Below are positions 36,255 through 45,988 of a DNA stretch of 64,000 nt, piece after piece (position 1 is the first letter of the stretch; each line of letters starts with the position of its first letter). A program made the position numbers and the translations under genes. The DNA is from Candidatus Enterousia sp. (lineage in GTDB: Bacteria > Pseudomonadota > Alphaproteobacteria > Rs-D84). Location of the stretch: NCBI GenBank assembly GCA_045629645.1, contig JAZQRR010000027.1, positions 25,968 through 89,967 on the forward strand. The letters are read 5' to 3'. The notes under the pieces were generated by a model that was given only the letters and a program-made list of their open reading frames with translations, was not told the DNA's origin and searched no databases.

Positions 36255-36803
36255 TTATTTTGCTGGTGCAACGATAATAGATTTTGTTCTTTCGTCTGGT
36301 TTAGACTTAGATTCCATTGTTCCTTTATCACCAACTAATTCCATAACGCGTGCGAACAATTCTGGGATTGCATCTTTTCCGCGTGCTAATACTTTTTTGG
36401 AACCCCTGGTCATAACAGAAATTTTAACTTTATTTCCGTCATTCAAGAATTCAAAAACCTTTTTCATTTTAATATTCAAATCATTTTCTTCGATAAAAGG
36501 TTTTACCCAAACTTCTTTTAATTCGATTGTTTTTTGGTTTTTGCGTGCTTCGGATGCGCGTTTTTTCTGTTCGTATTTGAATTTACCATAATCCATAATT
36601 TTGGTAATGGGCACTGGTCCGTTTGCGTTCATTTCCACCAAGTCCAACCCGTCATCCATTGCCATTTGCAATGCTTGTGATGTTGGCATTACGCCCAGAT
36701 TTTGGCCATCGGCACTAATAACTTGAACTGATTTTGCAAAAATCCGGTTGTTTATACGCGGACCTGCGTCGCGACGATTATCACGATTAAATGTTGGTTT
36801 AAT
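36255..36803 (-). CDS. infC: Translation initiation factor IF-3, AUU start
   Basis: The reading frame is open upstream of the track ORF. An ATT at 36803-36801 lies 6 nt downstream of AAGGAG. The extended N-terminus PRINNRIFAKSVQVISADGQNLGV matches the IF3 N-domain. Total length is 182 aa. Confidence 0.9.
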   Translation of the reverse strand: MKPTFNRDNRRDAGPRINNRIFAKSVQVISADGQNLGVMPTSQALQMAMDDGLDLVEMNANGPVPITKIMDYGKFKYEQKKRASEARKNQKTIELKEVWVKPFIEENDLNIKMKKVFEFLNDGNKVKISVMTRGSKKVLARGKDAIPELFARVMELVGDKGTMESKSKPDERTKSIIVAPAK

Positions 36804-36840
36804 TGTAGGCTCCTTTTTTACAATACTCAGAAATTATTAA

Positions 36841-37611
36841 CTATAATTCGCCAGTTTTCAAGATATTTTGAACATTTTGTAATGCGTTCCATACGTCTCG
36901 CTTTGCGGTTGGTTTTAAAATCAGATAATTCGGATGGAATATTGGCACGAAAATGGCGCCGTTTTCCATTGTCTTGGGAATACCGTGTGACTTTGCCAGA
37001 TTGATATTCAGCATTTCTGTTGCAGGTAACGTTCCAAGAGATAATATAACTGTCGGTTTTATCAGTTTTATTGCTTGTTCTATAAAAGGTCTTGTCATAT
37101 CTAATTCTTCGCGCGATGGTGTTCTGCCACCTGGGGTGCGCCAGAAAATCATAGGAATAATTGATACATTATCACGGTTTAAACCGATTGCGTTCAGCAT
37201 TTTGTCCATTAAATCTCCTGCGTTGCCGGACAAAATGTTTCCAGATGCGTCATCATCACTGCTGGGGATATCGGTCAGAATCATCAGTTTTCCGTTTCCG
37301 ATATGCGGCAAAACAGTATTTGTGGCATTGGAACGCAATGGGTGATTGAATTCTGTTATCATACGTAATAAAGCGTTTGTATCTGTTGGTCTGCTGGCCA
37401 TTGCGCGAACTGTTTCAATGGAAATGGTTTGTACAGGTGCGATTGGAGGCACTAAACTTGCCTGTGTTTTTAGTATTTCATTTAATCCGTTGTTTGTTTT
37501 TTGTTCAGGAACAGATTTATTTTGTTGTGGTGTTTTTGTTGTTAATGGTATTTCTGCCAATTCCCATTTTACACCAGCCAGTTCTAAATCCTTTAATTCT
37601 TGATAAGGCAT
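36841..37611 (-). CDS. Uracil-DNA glycosylase family 4 protein with an N-terminal extension
   Basis: 256 aa. The C-terminal half has LMILTDIPSSDDDASGNILSGNAGDLMDKMLNAIGL and a HPNYLI motif. Confidence 0.7.
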   Translation of the reverse strand: MPYQELKDLELAGVKWELAEIPLTTKTPQQNKSVPEQKTNNGLNEILKTQASLVPPIAPVQTISIETVRAMASRPTDTNALLRMITEFNHPLRSNATNTVLPHIGNGKLMILTDIPSSDDDASGNILSGNAGDLMDKMLNAIGLNRDNVSIIPMIFWRTPGGRTPSREELDMTRPFIEQAIKLIKPTVILSLGTLPATEMLNINLAKSHGIPKTMENGAIFVPIFHPNYLILKPTAKRDVWNALQNVQNILKTGEL

Positions 37612-37689
37612 AATTTTTGTTTCCTTGATTTTTCAACTATTTTATTGTACAATACAGCACGAGTAACAGAAACTCAAGGGAGTATTTTC

Positions 37690-38103
37690 ATGAAAATAAA
37701 AAACTTTGCTTTGTTGGCAGGTGTTGCAGGCCTGTTGGCAGCTTGCGGTGGTTCTATTGTTGAACCTGCTGATTTGAACGACCAACGTGTATTCTTTGGT
37801 TTTAATTCTGCTGAAATCTCAGAAGATGCAGAAAATAACCTGTTGGGTCAGTCTTTGTATATGAAAAATCACGAAGATGTAAAGATCCAAATTGCTGGTA
37901 ACTGCGACGAACGTGGTTCAACAGAATACAACTTGGCATTGGGTGCACGTCGTGCAAACGCTGCGAAACAGGTTTTGGTAAAAGATGGTATTGATGCAAA
38001 ACGTATCTCTACAATCTCTTATGGCAAAGAACGTCCATTGGTTCAGGGTTCTGGCGAAGAAGTCTGGAAATGGAATCGTAACGCCACAACAACAGTTAAA
38101 TAA
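37690..38103 (+). CDS. pal: Peptidoglycan-associated lipoprotein (OmpA family)
   Basis: 137 aa from the internal ATG, with the lipobox LLAAC-GG and OmpA-like motifs (NCDERGSTEYNLALGARRA). Confidence 0.85.
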   Translation: MKIKNFALLAGVAGLLAACGGSIVEPADLNDQRVFFGFNSAEISEDAENNLLGQSLYMKNHEDVKIQIAGNCDERGSTEYNLALGARRANAAKQVLVKDGIDAKRISTISYGKERPLVQGSGEEVWKWNRNATTTVK

Positions 38104-38122
38104 TAATTGTTGAAAAATATAT

Positions 38123-38153
38123 AAAAACACCGGTAAATACCGGTGTTTTTTTT
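38123..38153 (+). terminator. Rho-independent terminator after pal
   Basis: CACCGG-TAAATA-CCGGTG hairpin followed by 8 T. Confidence 0.75.
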
Positions 38154-38181
38154 ATTTAAATTAAATTGTTGATAAAAACAT

Positions 38182-38210
38182 AAAAATTGCCGGCATTTAC
38201 CGGCTTTTTT
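38182..38210. terminator. Rho-independent terminator (parB side)
   Basis: GCCGG-CATTTA-CCGGC hairpin flanked by A and T runs. Confidence 0.65.
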
Positions 38211-38218
38211 GATATTTT

Positions 38219-39097
38219 TTATTTTGTTAATTTTTCAACCAGTTCAAATAATTGTGTGCGTGTCGCAAAAGACAATGTAATTTGCCCTGCTCCACCGCGT
38301 CGTTCGGATAATTTTGCTTTTACGCCCAACGATTGCGAAATCTTCTTTTCTATGTCATGAACGGCGGCGCTGTCGATAGTTTTTTGTATGTGTTTTCTGG
38401 TGTTTTGTGCACGTGGTGCGGACTTTACCATTTTGTCAGTATCGGCCACGCTTAAATTATTTGCTATGATTTTATGTGCCAATTCTTCTGGATTTTCTGC
38501 AACTGCGATTGTGCGTGCGTGTGATGCGGATATACGCCCTTCGTTAACCAGATTTTGTACGGATTCTGGCAATGTGGTCAGGCGCAGCATATTTCGAATA
38601 TAACTTTCCGATTTACCAATCAGTCTGGCAACGTCTGGCAATTCATAATCACAACATTCCATCAGGTTTTTATACGCGTCAGCCTCTTCTATTGGTGTCA
38701 GATTTTCGCGCTGTACGTTTTCAATCAATGCAATTTCCATTGCGTTATTGTTATCTATGTTTTTTACCAGCGCAGGTATTTCTGTTAAACCGGCAATCTT
38801 AGACGCGCGAAAGCGTCGTTCGCCAGCAACAATTTCGTATATGTATGGCTTGTTTTGCGCCGTACGCAGCAGAATCGGTTGTAAAACCCCTTTTTCTTTT
38901 ATAGAAGTTGCCAGTTCGTTTAATTCGTCAGCAGTAAAATTTTTGCGAGGCTGGTCTGGATTTGTTCCGATTTGTGCCAGTGGTATTTGTTTTACAACGA
39001 TGCGTTCGTTTGGGGTTAATAATGAAATATCTGGAATTGATCCGCGTGCGGCCTGCAAATCTGCCAGCCCCCGTCCTAAACCAAATTTACTTGCCAT
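38219..39097 (-). CDS. parB: Chromosome partitioning protein ParB
   Basis: 292 aa with the ParB box QPRK.F and GERRFRA. Confidence 0.95.
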   Translation of the reverse strand: MASKFGLGRGLADLQAARGSIPDISLLTPNERIVVKQIPLAQIGTNPDQPRKNFTADELNELATSIKEKGVLQPILLRTAQNKPYIYEIVAGERRFRASKIAGLTEIPALVKNIDNNNAMEIALIENVQRENLTPIEEADAYKNLMECCDYELPDVARLIGKSESYIRNMLRLTTLPESVQNLVNEGRISASHARTIAVAENPEELAHKIIANNLSVADTDKMVKSAPRAQNTRKHIQKTIDSAAVHDIEKKISQSLGVKAKLSERRGGAGQITLSFATRTQLFELVEKLTK

Positions 39098-39869
39098 TTA
39101 TGCCACCTTCGGTTCTGTTTATTACTTCTGTTGCAACGCGCAGATAAGCCTGGGCGCCAGACGAGTTAAAGTCATAGAAAAGTGCCGGTTTTCCGTGGCT
39201 GGGAGCTTCGGAAACACGGACGTTTCTGGGGACAACAGTTGTAAATACTTTGTTGCCAAACACGTTGCGAACATCGTCATCAACGGCGCGCGTAACGTTG
39301 TATCTGCGTTCGTACATTGTCAGCAGTACGCCCAAAATGTCCAACTGGGGGTTCCATTTTTCCTTTACTATTGCAATAGTGTCGGTTAATTGTTGTACCC
39401 CTTCCAGCGCAAAGAATTCGCATTGTAATGGTATTATGACACTGTCTGCGGCAGTCAGTGCGTTTATTGTAAGATATCCCAACGCCGGCGGACAATCCAG
39501 CAGTATATAATCATAATGTTCAGAAATTTGTTTTAATGCGTCACGTAAACGGTATTCGCGATTTTCCATGTCCAGTAAATCAATATCAGCGCCGGCCAAT
39601 GCCTGAGATGATGGAAGTATATGCATATTTGGTACAGCGGTCGTTAGTATGTTGTCTGCGATATTAGCGGTTCCCATAATTACGCCATAAATGCTTTGTT
39701 TGTGCGATGCGCGGACAAAGCCCAGACCGGTGCCTGCATTGCCTTGTGGATCCAGATCAATCAACAGAACGCGTTTTTTTATTGCTGCCAAAGAAGCGCC
39801 GATGTTAATTGCGGTGGTTGTTTTGCCAACACCGCCTTTTTGATTTGCAAATGCGATAATTTTTACCAT
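39087..39869 (-). CDS. parA: Chromosome partitioning ATPase ParA/Soj
   Basis: 260 aa with the deviant Walker A motif ANQKGGVGKTT. Confidence 0.95.
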   Translation of the reverse strand: MVKIIAFANQKGGVGKTTTAINIGASLAAIKKRVLLIDLDPQGNAGTGLGFVRASHKQSIYGVIMGTANIADNILTTAVPNMHILPSSQALAGADIDLLDMENREYRLRDALKQISEHYDYILLDCPPALGYLTINALTAADSVIIPLQCEFFALEGVQQLTDTIAIVKEKWNPQLDILGVLLTMYERRYNVTRAVDDDVRNVFGNKVFTTVVPRNVRVSEAPSHGKPALFYDFNSSGAQAYLRVATEVINRTEGGINGK

Positions 39870-39982
39870 TTCCTACCTTCACGTCTTTTGGTTCGTTTCT
39901 CAGAATATAAAAACGTTCCGATTCAGTCAAGATTTTAATTTTTTTGTTAATAAAATGCAGTATTAACAAATGTTTGTTGGTT

Positions 39983-39998
39983 TATTTCATGTGAAATT
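39983..39998. promoter_or_regulatory. parS-like palindrome
   Basis: TATTTCATGTGAAATT matches 12 of 16 positions of the parS consensus TGTTTCACGTGAAACA. It lies about 115 nt upstream of parA. Confidence 0.35.
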
Positions 39999-40030
39999 AA
40001 ACAAAACTGATAATGTGTGTGATTTTCTGT

Positions 40031-40059
40031 AAAAAATACCGGTATTTACCGGTGTTTTT
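40031..40059. terminator. Rho-independent terminator after rsmG
   Basis: ACCGG-TATTTA-CCGGT hairpin flanked by A and T runs. Confidence 0.7.
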
Positions 40060-40615
40060 ATATGTTTTTTACGATTATTATAAAACCATCACCGGTTTTA
40101 GACGGAATTAATTCATAATCAAATTTGTATTTGTGTTTTGCTTCGGTGATTTCGGTTTCTATTTCCCGGCCTTTTAATAGAAAAAGCCGGCATTTTGTTT
40201 TTGCAACATAATCCATTATTTTTGTCAGAGATGCAAATGCGCGCGCAGTGAATACTGTTTTTGTTTTATCAAGTTTGTTTTCTTTGACAAAGTTTTCAAC
40301 ACGGCCGTGATAAATGTTTAAATTGTTTAATCCCAGTTGTTCTTTTACGGCGGTCAGAAAAGCAACTTTTTTTCCAATGGATTCGATACAGGTTACGTTC
40401 CATCCTAATATTGCCAAGACAACCCCAGGAAATCCAGCGCCACTGCCCAGATCGATTATATTTACGTTTGTCGGCAAAATATCCGCCAGTTGTGCCGAAT
40501 CGGCAAAGTGGCGATTTTTTATATCGTTTAACGTGCTGGGGGCGACTAAATTCATCCTTTCGGACCAGTCGCGCAACAGTTTTTCATATTGTTCAAATTT
40601 GACATTATTGCTCAT
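40058..40615 (-). CDS. rsmG: 16S rRNA m7G527 methyltransferase
   Basis: 185 aa with the SAM motif IIDLGSGAGFPG. It lies upstream of parAB. Confidence 0.85.
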   Translation of the reverse strand: MSNNVKFEQYEKLLRDWSERMNLVAPSTLNDIKNRHFADSAQLADILPTNVNIIDLGSGAGFPGVVLAILGWNVTCIESIGKKVAFLTAVKEQLGLNNLNIYHGRVENFVKENKLDKTKTVFTARAFASLTKIMDYVAKTKCRLFLLKGREIETEITEAKHKYKFDYELIPSKTGDGFIIIVKNI

Positions 40616-40636
40616 AAGCGTTATTCTAACATAATC

Positions 40637-42256
40637 ATGAAGAAAATAGAAAGTTTATTTATTGGCATCAGTTTGTTTTCTGTTTTGGCGATTGCTGGTG
40701 TGTTTTTATATAATTCTGTGTCGGTTACGGGGCAGGGTGGTATATCTTATAAGGTCCCAGAAACAAAGTATGGTTCTTTTTTGGCGGCACAGCATGCGAT
40801 TTATTCAAATGACTTTGATAACGCAGTTCGTTTTACGGCGTCTTTGTCAGATGTTGAATATCCAGTTGTTTACAATGCGCGTATTTTGGCAGATTTTTTA
40901 TCTGGTAAAATGCCATCGGATGTTTCTGTCTTGAAAGAAGACAAGGGGATATCTGCGCGTTTTATTTATGATGCGCATTTGGTTCAAAATAAACAGTGGT
41001 CAGAATTTCATGCGCGTCACAAAAAAGATATGTCTGTATTAACTGCGCCTTTGCGAATTTGGTCTGCGATTGCAAATGATTGGCGTACGAATACATTTAA
41101 GTATATTGATGGGTTGTCAACCAACGAATCATGGAAGTCTTTTGTGCGTGGTCAAATTTATGCCCAGTTGGGTAATGCGGACGAAGCGGCAAAGCATTTT
41201 GCGATGGTTACGTCGGATTTTATGAATATAAATGATTATTTATACATAATGTCTTTTTATCGTCATCACGGCAAGACGGAACTGGCAGAATTATTATACA
41301 ATAATTTTACATCACGTCCTGCGGGTATGTTTTTATCTGATTATGAAAATATTCCTGATTGGTCATTGTTCAGCGGGTATGAGAATTCTTTGGCGTTCAG
41401 TTTGATTCAAACTGTATCTCATACACAGGTATTAATGTATTCTGATATGGCGGTTTTAATGTTGCGTTTTGCACAGATAATTGCGCCAGAACTTGCCCAG
41501 ACAAATAATGTTGTTGATTATTATTTGGGGCAATATTTCTTTAATAAATCTGGTGATGGAATGCGTTTTTTTGAACGCATTGAACAAACCAGTCCTTTTT
41601 ATTTGTTTGCATCACTGCGTACGTTTGAAAAGACAGGTGATATTACACTGTTAAAGCGTGCATTATCCCAGCGTCCATTGTTTGTACCTGCAATAAACAA
41701 GTTGGTTGGGCATTATATACGTATTGGTGATCGTTCTGCGGCATTGGCGGTTATACATCGTGCGTTATCTTCTGATGTTTTGGACGAAGCGGGCAGGGCG
41801 TTTTTTATCAAAAGCAGGGCGCAAATTCATTATGCTTTTGGTGATTTTGATGCGGCGCAATCTGATATCCGTACGGCATCGGATATATTGTTGCCAGATG
41901 CCGAGATTGTGTCATTACAGGCAAAAATTTGGGCGGCACAAAACCGCGAGATTGAAAATGCCTATAAATATGCAATGACATTGGTTACGCAAAATCCTGC
42001 GGATATTTTGGCGTGGGACACATTGGGGGTTGTTGTTGCTGTCCGTGAAGGTGTAGATGCGGCATTGGATTTATTATCTCGTGTTGGCGAGGTTTCGGTT
42101 ACTCATTCTGAACTGTTTATGCACATTGGGGATATGTACGCAGTCAAAGGCGATGTTGACAAGGCTAGGGCGGCATACATACGTGCAATTGATTTATCTG
42201 ATGATGGATTAATAGTTGTCCCTGAAATTGAAAAAAAACTAAGGAAGCTAAAATGA
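40637..42256 (+). CDS. TPR-like repeat protein with an N-terminal membrane anchor
   Basis: It starts at an internal ATG (MKKIESLFIGISLFSVLAIAGVFLY). The C-terminal half carries TPR-like repeats. Confidence 0.5.
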   Translation: MKKIESLFIGISLFSVLAIAGVFLYNSVSVTGQGGISYKVPETKYGSFLAAQHAIYSNDFDNAVRFTASLSDVEYPVVYNARILADFLSGKMPSDVSVLKEDKGISARFIYDAHLVQNKQWSEFHARHKKDMSVLTAPLRIWSAIANDWRTNTFKYIDGLSTNESWKSFVRGQIYAQLGNADEAAKHFAMVTSDFMNINDYLYIMSFYRHHGKTELAELLYNNFTSRPAGMFLSDYENIPDWSLFSGYENSLAFSLIQTVSHTQVLMYSDMAVLMLRFAQIIAPELAQTNNVVDYYLGQYFFNKSGDGMRFFERIEQTSPFYLFASLRTFEKTGDITLLKRALSQRPLFVPAINKLVGHYIRIGDRSAALAVIHRALSSDVLDEAGRAFFIKSRAQIHYAFGDFDAAQSDIRTASDILLPDAEIVSLQAKIWAAQNREIENAYKYAMTLVTQNPADILAWDTLGVVVAVREGVDAALDLLSRVGEVSVTHSELFMHIGDMYAVKGDVDKARAAYIRAIDLSDDGLIVVPEIEKKLRKLK

Positions 42257-43116
42257 AAGTAGGAGTTATTGGCGCAGGTGCGTGGGGAACGGCGCTGTCG
42301 ATTGTTTCTGCAAACAGTGGAAATGAAGTTACATTATGGTCTTATGATGGTGAATATAAACAATTTGAAGATATAGAATTTCCAGAATCTATTAATATAT
42401 CACAAGAAATGTCTGTTTTGGCTGATATGGATACATGGTTGGTTGTGACACCTGCTGCTTATTTTCGTTCAACGTTAACCAACGCAGCAAAATTTTACAA
42501 AGATCAGCCGATAATCATTTGTACCAAGGGCGCAGAATGTTCAAGTGGTAAGTTTATGTCAGAAGTTTTGCGTGAAACATTACCACAATGTAAAAATTGT
42601 GGTGTGTTATCGGGTCCTCAATTCGCGGCCGAGGTTGCACGTGGTTGTCCAACAGGTTCTACGTTGGCGGGGTCTTTTGTTGCGATTTCTGCGGGGCAGA
42701 TTGCGTTAAGCAAGTTATATTTGGTTCCCAGCAATGACGTCATAGGTACAGAGATTTGTGGTATTGGTAAAAATGCAGCGTCTTTGATATCTGGTTATAA
42801 CACGATTGCGGCCAGTGGTGAAAATGAACGTGCGTTGATTTTTACGCGCGCATGGAATGAAATTGTTGATTTGGGGTTGGCATCTGGTGCGGATGTCAGA
42901 ACGTTCTTGGGATTATGTGGTGTTGGTGATTTGTTTTTATCGGCCACCAGTCCAACCAGTCGTAATTTCTCGGGCGGGGTATCGATTGCCCGCGGCGAAA
43001 CACCATCTGGTACCGTCGAAGGTATATTTGCATTGTGTGGTTTGATAGAACGTGCCAAGACATTGGGGGTATCGACACCAGTACTGTGTGAAATGAGGGA
43101 AAAATTAAATATATAA
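42253..43116 (+). CDS. gpsA: Glycerol-3-phosphate dehydrogenase [NAD(P)+], short form
   Basis: 287 aa, beginning KVGVIGAGAWGTALS. It has a 4-nt overlap with the upstream gene. Confidence 0.8.
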   Translation: MKVGVIGAGAWGTALSIVSANSGNEVTLWSYDGEYKQFEDIEFPESINISQEMSVLADMDTWLVVTPAAYFRSTLTNAAKFYKDQPIIICTKGAECSSGKFMSEVLRETLPQCKNCGVLSGPQFAAEVARGCPTGSTLAGSFVAISAGQIALSKLYLVPSNDVIGTEICGIGKNAASLISGYNTIAASGENERALIFTRAWNEIVDLGLASGADVRTFLGLCGVGDLFLSATSPTSRNFSGGVSIARGETPSGTVEGIFALCGLIERAKTLGVSTPVLCEMREKLNI

Positions 43117-43118
43117 AA

Positions 43119-43153
43119 TAAAAAAAACACCGGCAAATGCCGGTATTTTTTTT
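43119..43153. terminator. Bidirectional rho-independent terminator
   Basis: ACCGGC-AAAT-GCCGGT hairpin flanked by long A and T runs. Confidence 0.75.
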
Positions 43154-43748
43154 AAACCAAACATGCCAGTGTTGCACCGGTGTTTTTCAACATAAACCAT
43201 CCTATTCTGTAATCTGTTGCATATACTGTTGCAATAAATAACGCCAATATTGCAATTACCATAATTACCGCAGACCGTTTGCCGCGCATACAATACAAAG
43301 ATATATTATAAAACAAGAATAATACATACGCATCAACCAGCAAACTGATTGTCCACATAGATGTGCAATTAAACGCCAGTGCATTTAAAACCAATATCAC
43401 AGGATATATAAAGAATATAGATGCCAATCCTTTAATGGCGATTTCCCAGTCGCGTTCCCCGCCTGTTATTTCAGATACCAGCATCATCAGACCGCCCATA
43501 ACAAACAACAATGTTACCGCCAATACCGGAACAATAATAATTGCTGTGAAAATAGAACCAAATGTAATTGTTGCGCCACCAATCAAGCGGATAATTAGTA
43601 CCAAAATTCCGCCCAGTAAACCGTATAGAAATGCCCGTAACATAGATTCTTCCAGATTGCCATCTGCGACAATTTTTGTAAAATAGCGTCTGGGGTTAAT
43701 GATAATATTGCGAATACGTGTAAATGCATTTTTAATTTTTTTCTTCAT
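43152..43748 (-). CDS. Yip1-domain-like polytopic membrane protein
   Basis: 198 aa with a cytosolic N-terminus followed by 5 TM segments. The family assignment is by architecture only. Confidence 0.4.
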   Translation of the reverse strand: MKKKIKNAFTRIRNIIINPRRYFTKIVADGNLEESMLRAFLYGLLGGILVLIIRLIGGATITFGSIFTAIIIVPVLAVTLLFVMGGLMMLVSEITGGERDWEIAIKGLASIFFIYPVILVLNALAFNCTSMWTISLLVDAYVLFLFYNISLYCMRGKRSAVIMVIAILALFIATVYATDYRIGWFMLKNTGATLACLV

Positions 43749-43814
43749 AGTTTCGCCCTTTATTTGATTATTTATATTTTTGCTTTATAATTAGAAAAAA
43801 TCAACGGAAAAAAA

Positions 43815-45158
43815 ATGATAAAGATAACTATTGCCGGACGCCCTAATACGGGAAAGTCCACATTATTTAACGCTTTGACAGGTACGCGTGATGCGTTGGT
43901 GCATGACCGACCTGGGGTTACGCGCGACACAATCAGTGGTGTTTTTCGCAATCGTCCGTACACCTTGTATGATACGGCTGGTCTGGAAAATGCACGTTCT
44001 GGGATTGCGCTGGATTCTACAAATATGGCGATTGACGCCATTTCATCCAGTGATGCTGTTTTATTTGTGGTTGATGGTCGTGTTGGGCTGACCAATGAAG
44101 ACCTGGATTGGGCGCGTTTGGTACGTCGCAAAACACGTGCGCCAGTATTGTTGTTGGTTAACAAAAGCGAATCGGAAAAACGTTTGTCAAATTGTCATGA
44201 CTTTTACAAGTTGGGGTTTGGAGAACCTGTTTTAATATCCGCAGAACACAAGCGTGGATTTGATTCAATTTATGAATTTTTGGACCGTGTATCTGGTATT
44301 GATATGTCTGGTGATGCGCCAACGCAAACAGAAACGCAATCTGATGGTCGTATTAAAATTGCGATATTAGGTCAACCAAATGTTGGAAAATCAACGTTTG
44401 TGAATCGTGTTTTGGGTGAAAAGCGTCAAATTGTTATGGATGCTCCTGGGATTACGCGTGATACGGTAAAGATACCAACGCACTTTTATGGTCGTGATAT
44501 TGTGTTAATGGATACAGCGGGCTTGCGTCGCAAGGCGGGTGTTACAGACGATGTTGAAACATTATCTGCATTAAAATCATTGGATGCCATTGACAAAGCT
44601 GATGTTGTTATACTGATGGTGGATGCCACCAGAAACATTGAAAATCAGGCACTGGGTATTGCTGCGCGTGTATATAATGCAGGCAAGATATTATGTGTTG
44701 CATTGAACAAATGGGATTTAGTTGAACCAGAATTGCGCGAAGAAAAGCTGTTGAAATTAAAACATCAATTTTCTAATTCTTTTCATCAGATTATAAAGCC
44801 AATGATTTTGGCCGTTTCGGCCGAGACAGGAACCGGCGTTCAAAATATGTTCCGCAGAATTTATGAACAGTGGGATATATCAATGGCACAGGCACCAACC
44901 AGTCTGATAAATAGAATTGTTGAAAAATTGGTTACAGATCGTCAACCGCCATTGTCGCGTTTAAAGCGTCCGATGAAGATAAAGTTTGCACGTCAAACAG
45001 GACGTCATCCAATGCGTATTACAATAAATGTTGGTGGTGCGTCAGATATTCCTGAATCTTATACGCGCTATTTGCGTCGTGGATTGGCCACAGCGTTAAA
45101 GTGGGAACACTTGCCAATTATTGTTGATTATGAAAAATCGGACAATCCATATGATTAA
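43815..45158 (+). CDS. der: Ribosome biogenesis GTPase Der (EngA)
   Basis: 447 aa with two tandem G domains (GRPNTGKST and GQPNVGKST) and a KH-like C-terminus. Confidence 0.95.
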   Translation: MIKITIAGRPNTGKSTLFNALTGTRDALVHDRPGVTRDTISGVFRNRPYTLYDTAGLENARSGIALDSTNMAIDAISSSDAVLFVVDGRVGLTNEDLDWARLVRRKTRAPVLLLVNKSESEKRLSNCHDFYKLGFGEPVLISAEHKRGFDSIYEFLDRVSGIDMSGDAPTQTETQSDGRIKIAILGQPNVGKSTFVNRVLGEKRQIVMDAPGITRDTVKIPTHFYGRDIVLMDTAGLRRKAGVTDDVETLSALKSLDAIDKADVVILMVDATRNIENQALGIAARVYNAGKILCVALNKWDLVEPELREEKLLKLKHQFSNSFHQIIKPMILAVSAETGTGVQNMFRRIYEQWDISMAQAPTSLINRIVEKLVTDRQPPLSRLKRPMKIKFARQTGRHPMRITINVGGASDIPESYTRYLRRGLATALKWEHLPIIVDYEKSDNPYD

Positions 45159-45184
45159 AACACCGGCAAACGCCGGTGTTTTTT
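45157..45184 (+). terminator. Rho-independent terminator after der
   Basis: CACCGGC-AAAC-GCCGGTG hairpin followed by a T-run. Confidence 0.75.
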
Positions 45185-45245
45185 ATCGTATTGCGCATCT
45201 GTTTTTATCGTGTTATAATTCACCACGATACAAGAGAATGTAACA

Positions 45246-45968
45246 ATGAAAAATAAATCAGAAACAATTATATCCCTGCAAGATATAAATAAAAGCTTTC
45301 CATTGGAATTGGGGGGCGCACAGCAAGTTTTGTTTGATATAAATTTTGATATAAAATCTGGCGAATTTGTCGCGATTATGGGGCCGTCTGGTTCTGGAAA
45401 ATCAACATGTATGAATATAATTGGCGCATTGGATACACCGACATCTGGTGTGTATCAGTTGTATGGTCGTGACGTTACAGGATTGACAGCGGATGAATTA
45501 GCGATTGTCAGAAATGAATATATTGGCTTTGTTTTTCAGCAGTTTAACTTGTTGCCAAAACGCAGTGTTCTGGACAATGTTATGTTACCTTTAATGTACC
45601 GCGGCATGCCGATGGAAGAACGTGTCTGTCGTGCACGCGATATGTTGCGTCGTGTTGGTTTGGAAAAGTTTGAATCGTATTTGCCAACGCAGTTGTCTGG
45701 TGGTATGAAACAGCGTGTTGCAATCGCGCGTGCATTGGCGGGCGATCCAAAGTTAATTTTAGCAGACGAACCAACAGGTGCGCTGGACAGTAAAATGGGC
45801 AATGAAATTCTGCAATTTTTTAAACAATTAAATAAAGATTTGGGTATAACGATTGTGATGATTACTCATGAATTTGATATTGCGAAATATGCAAATCGTT
45901 TAATACATATTCGTGATGGTCGTATCAATTATGATGGTCGTATTCCACGTGATGACCATAATTTATAA
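45246..45968 (+). CDS. ABC transporter ATP-binding protein (MacB/LolD type)
   Basis: 240 aa with Walker A GPSGSGKST, the signature LSGGMKQR and Walker B ILADEPTGALD. Confidence 0.9.
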   Translation: MKNKSETIISLQDINKSFPLELGGAQQVLFDINFDIKSGEFVAIMGPSGSGKSTCMNIIGALDTPTSGVYQLYGRDVTGLTADELAIVRNEYIGFVFQQFNLLPKRSVLDNVMLPLMYRGMPMEERVCRARDMLRRVGLEKFESYLPTQLSGGMKQRVAIARALAGDPKLILADEPTGALDSKMGNEILQFFKQLNKDLGITIVMITHEFDIAKYANRLIHIRDGRINYDGRIPRDDHNL

Positions 45969-45988
45969 TCGTGGCGGGGGAATTTTTT

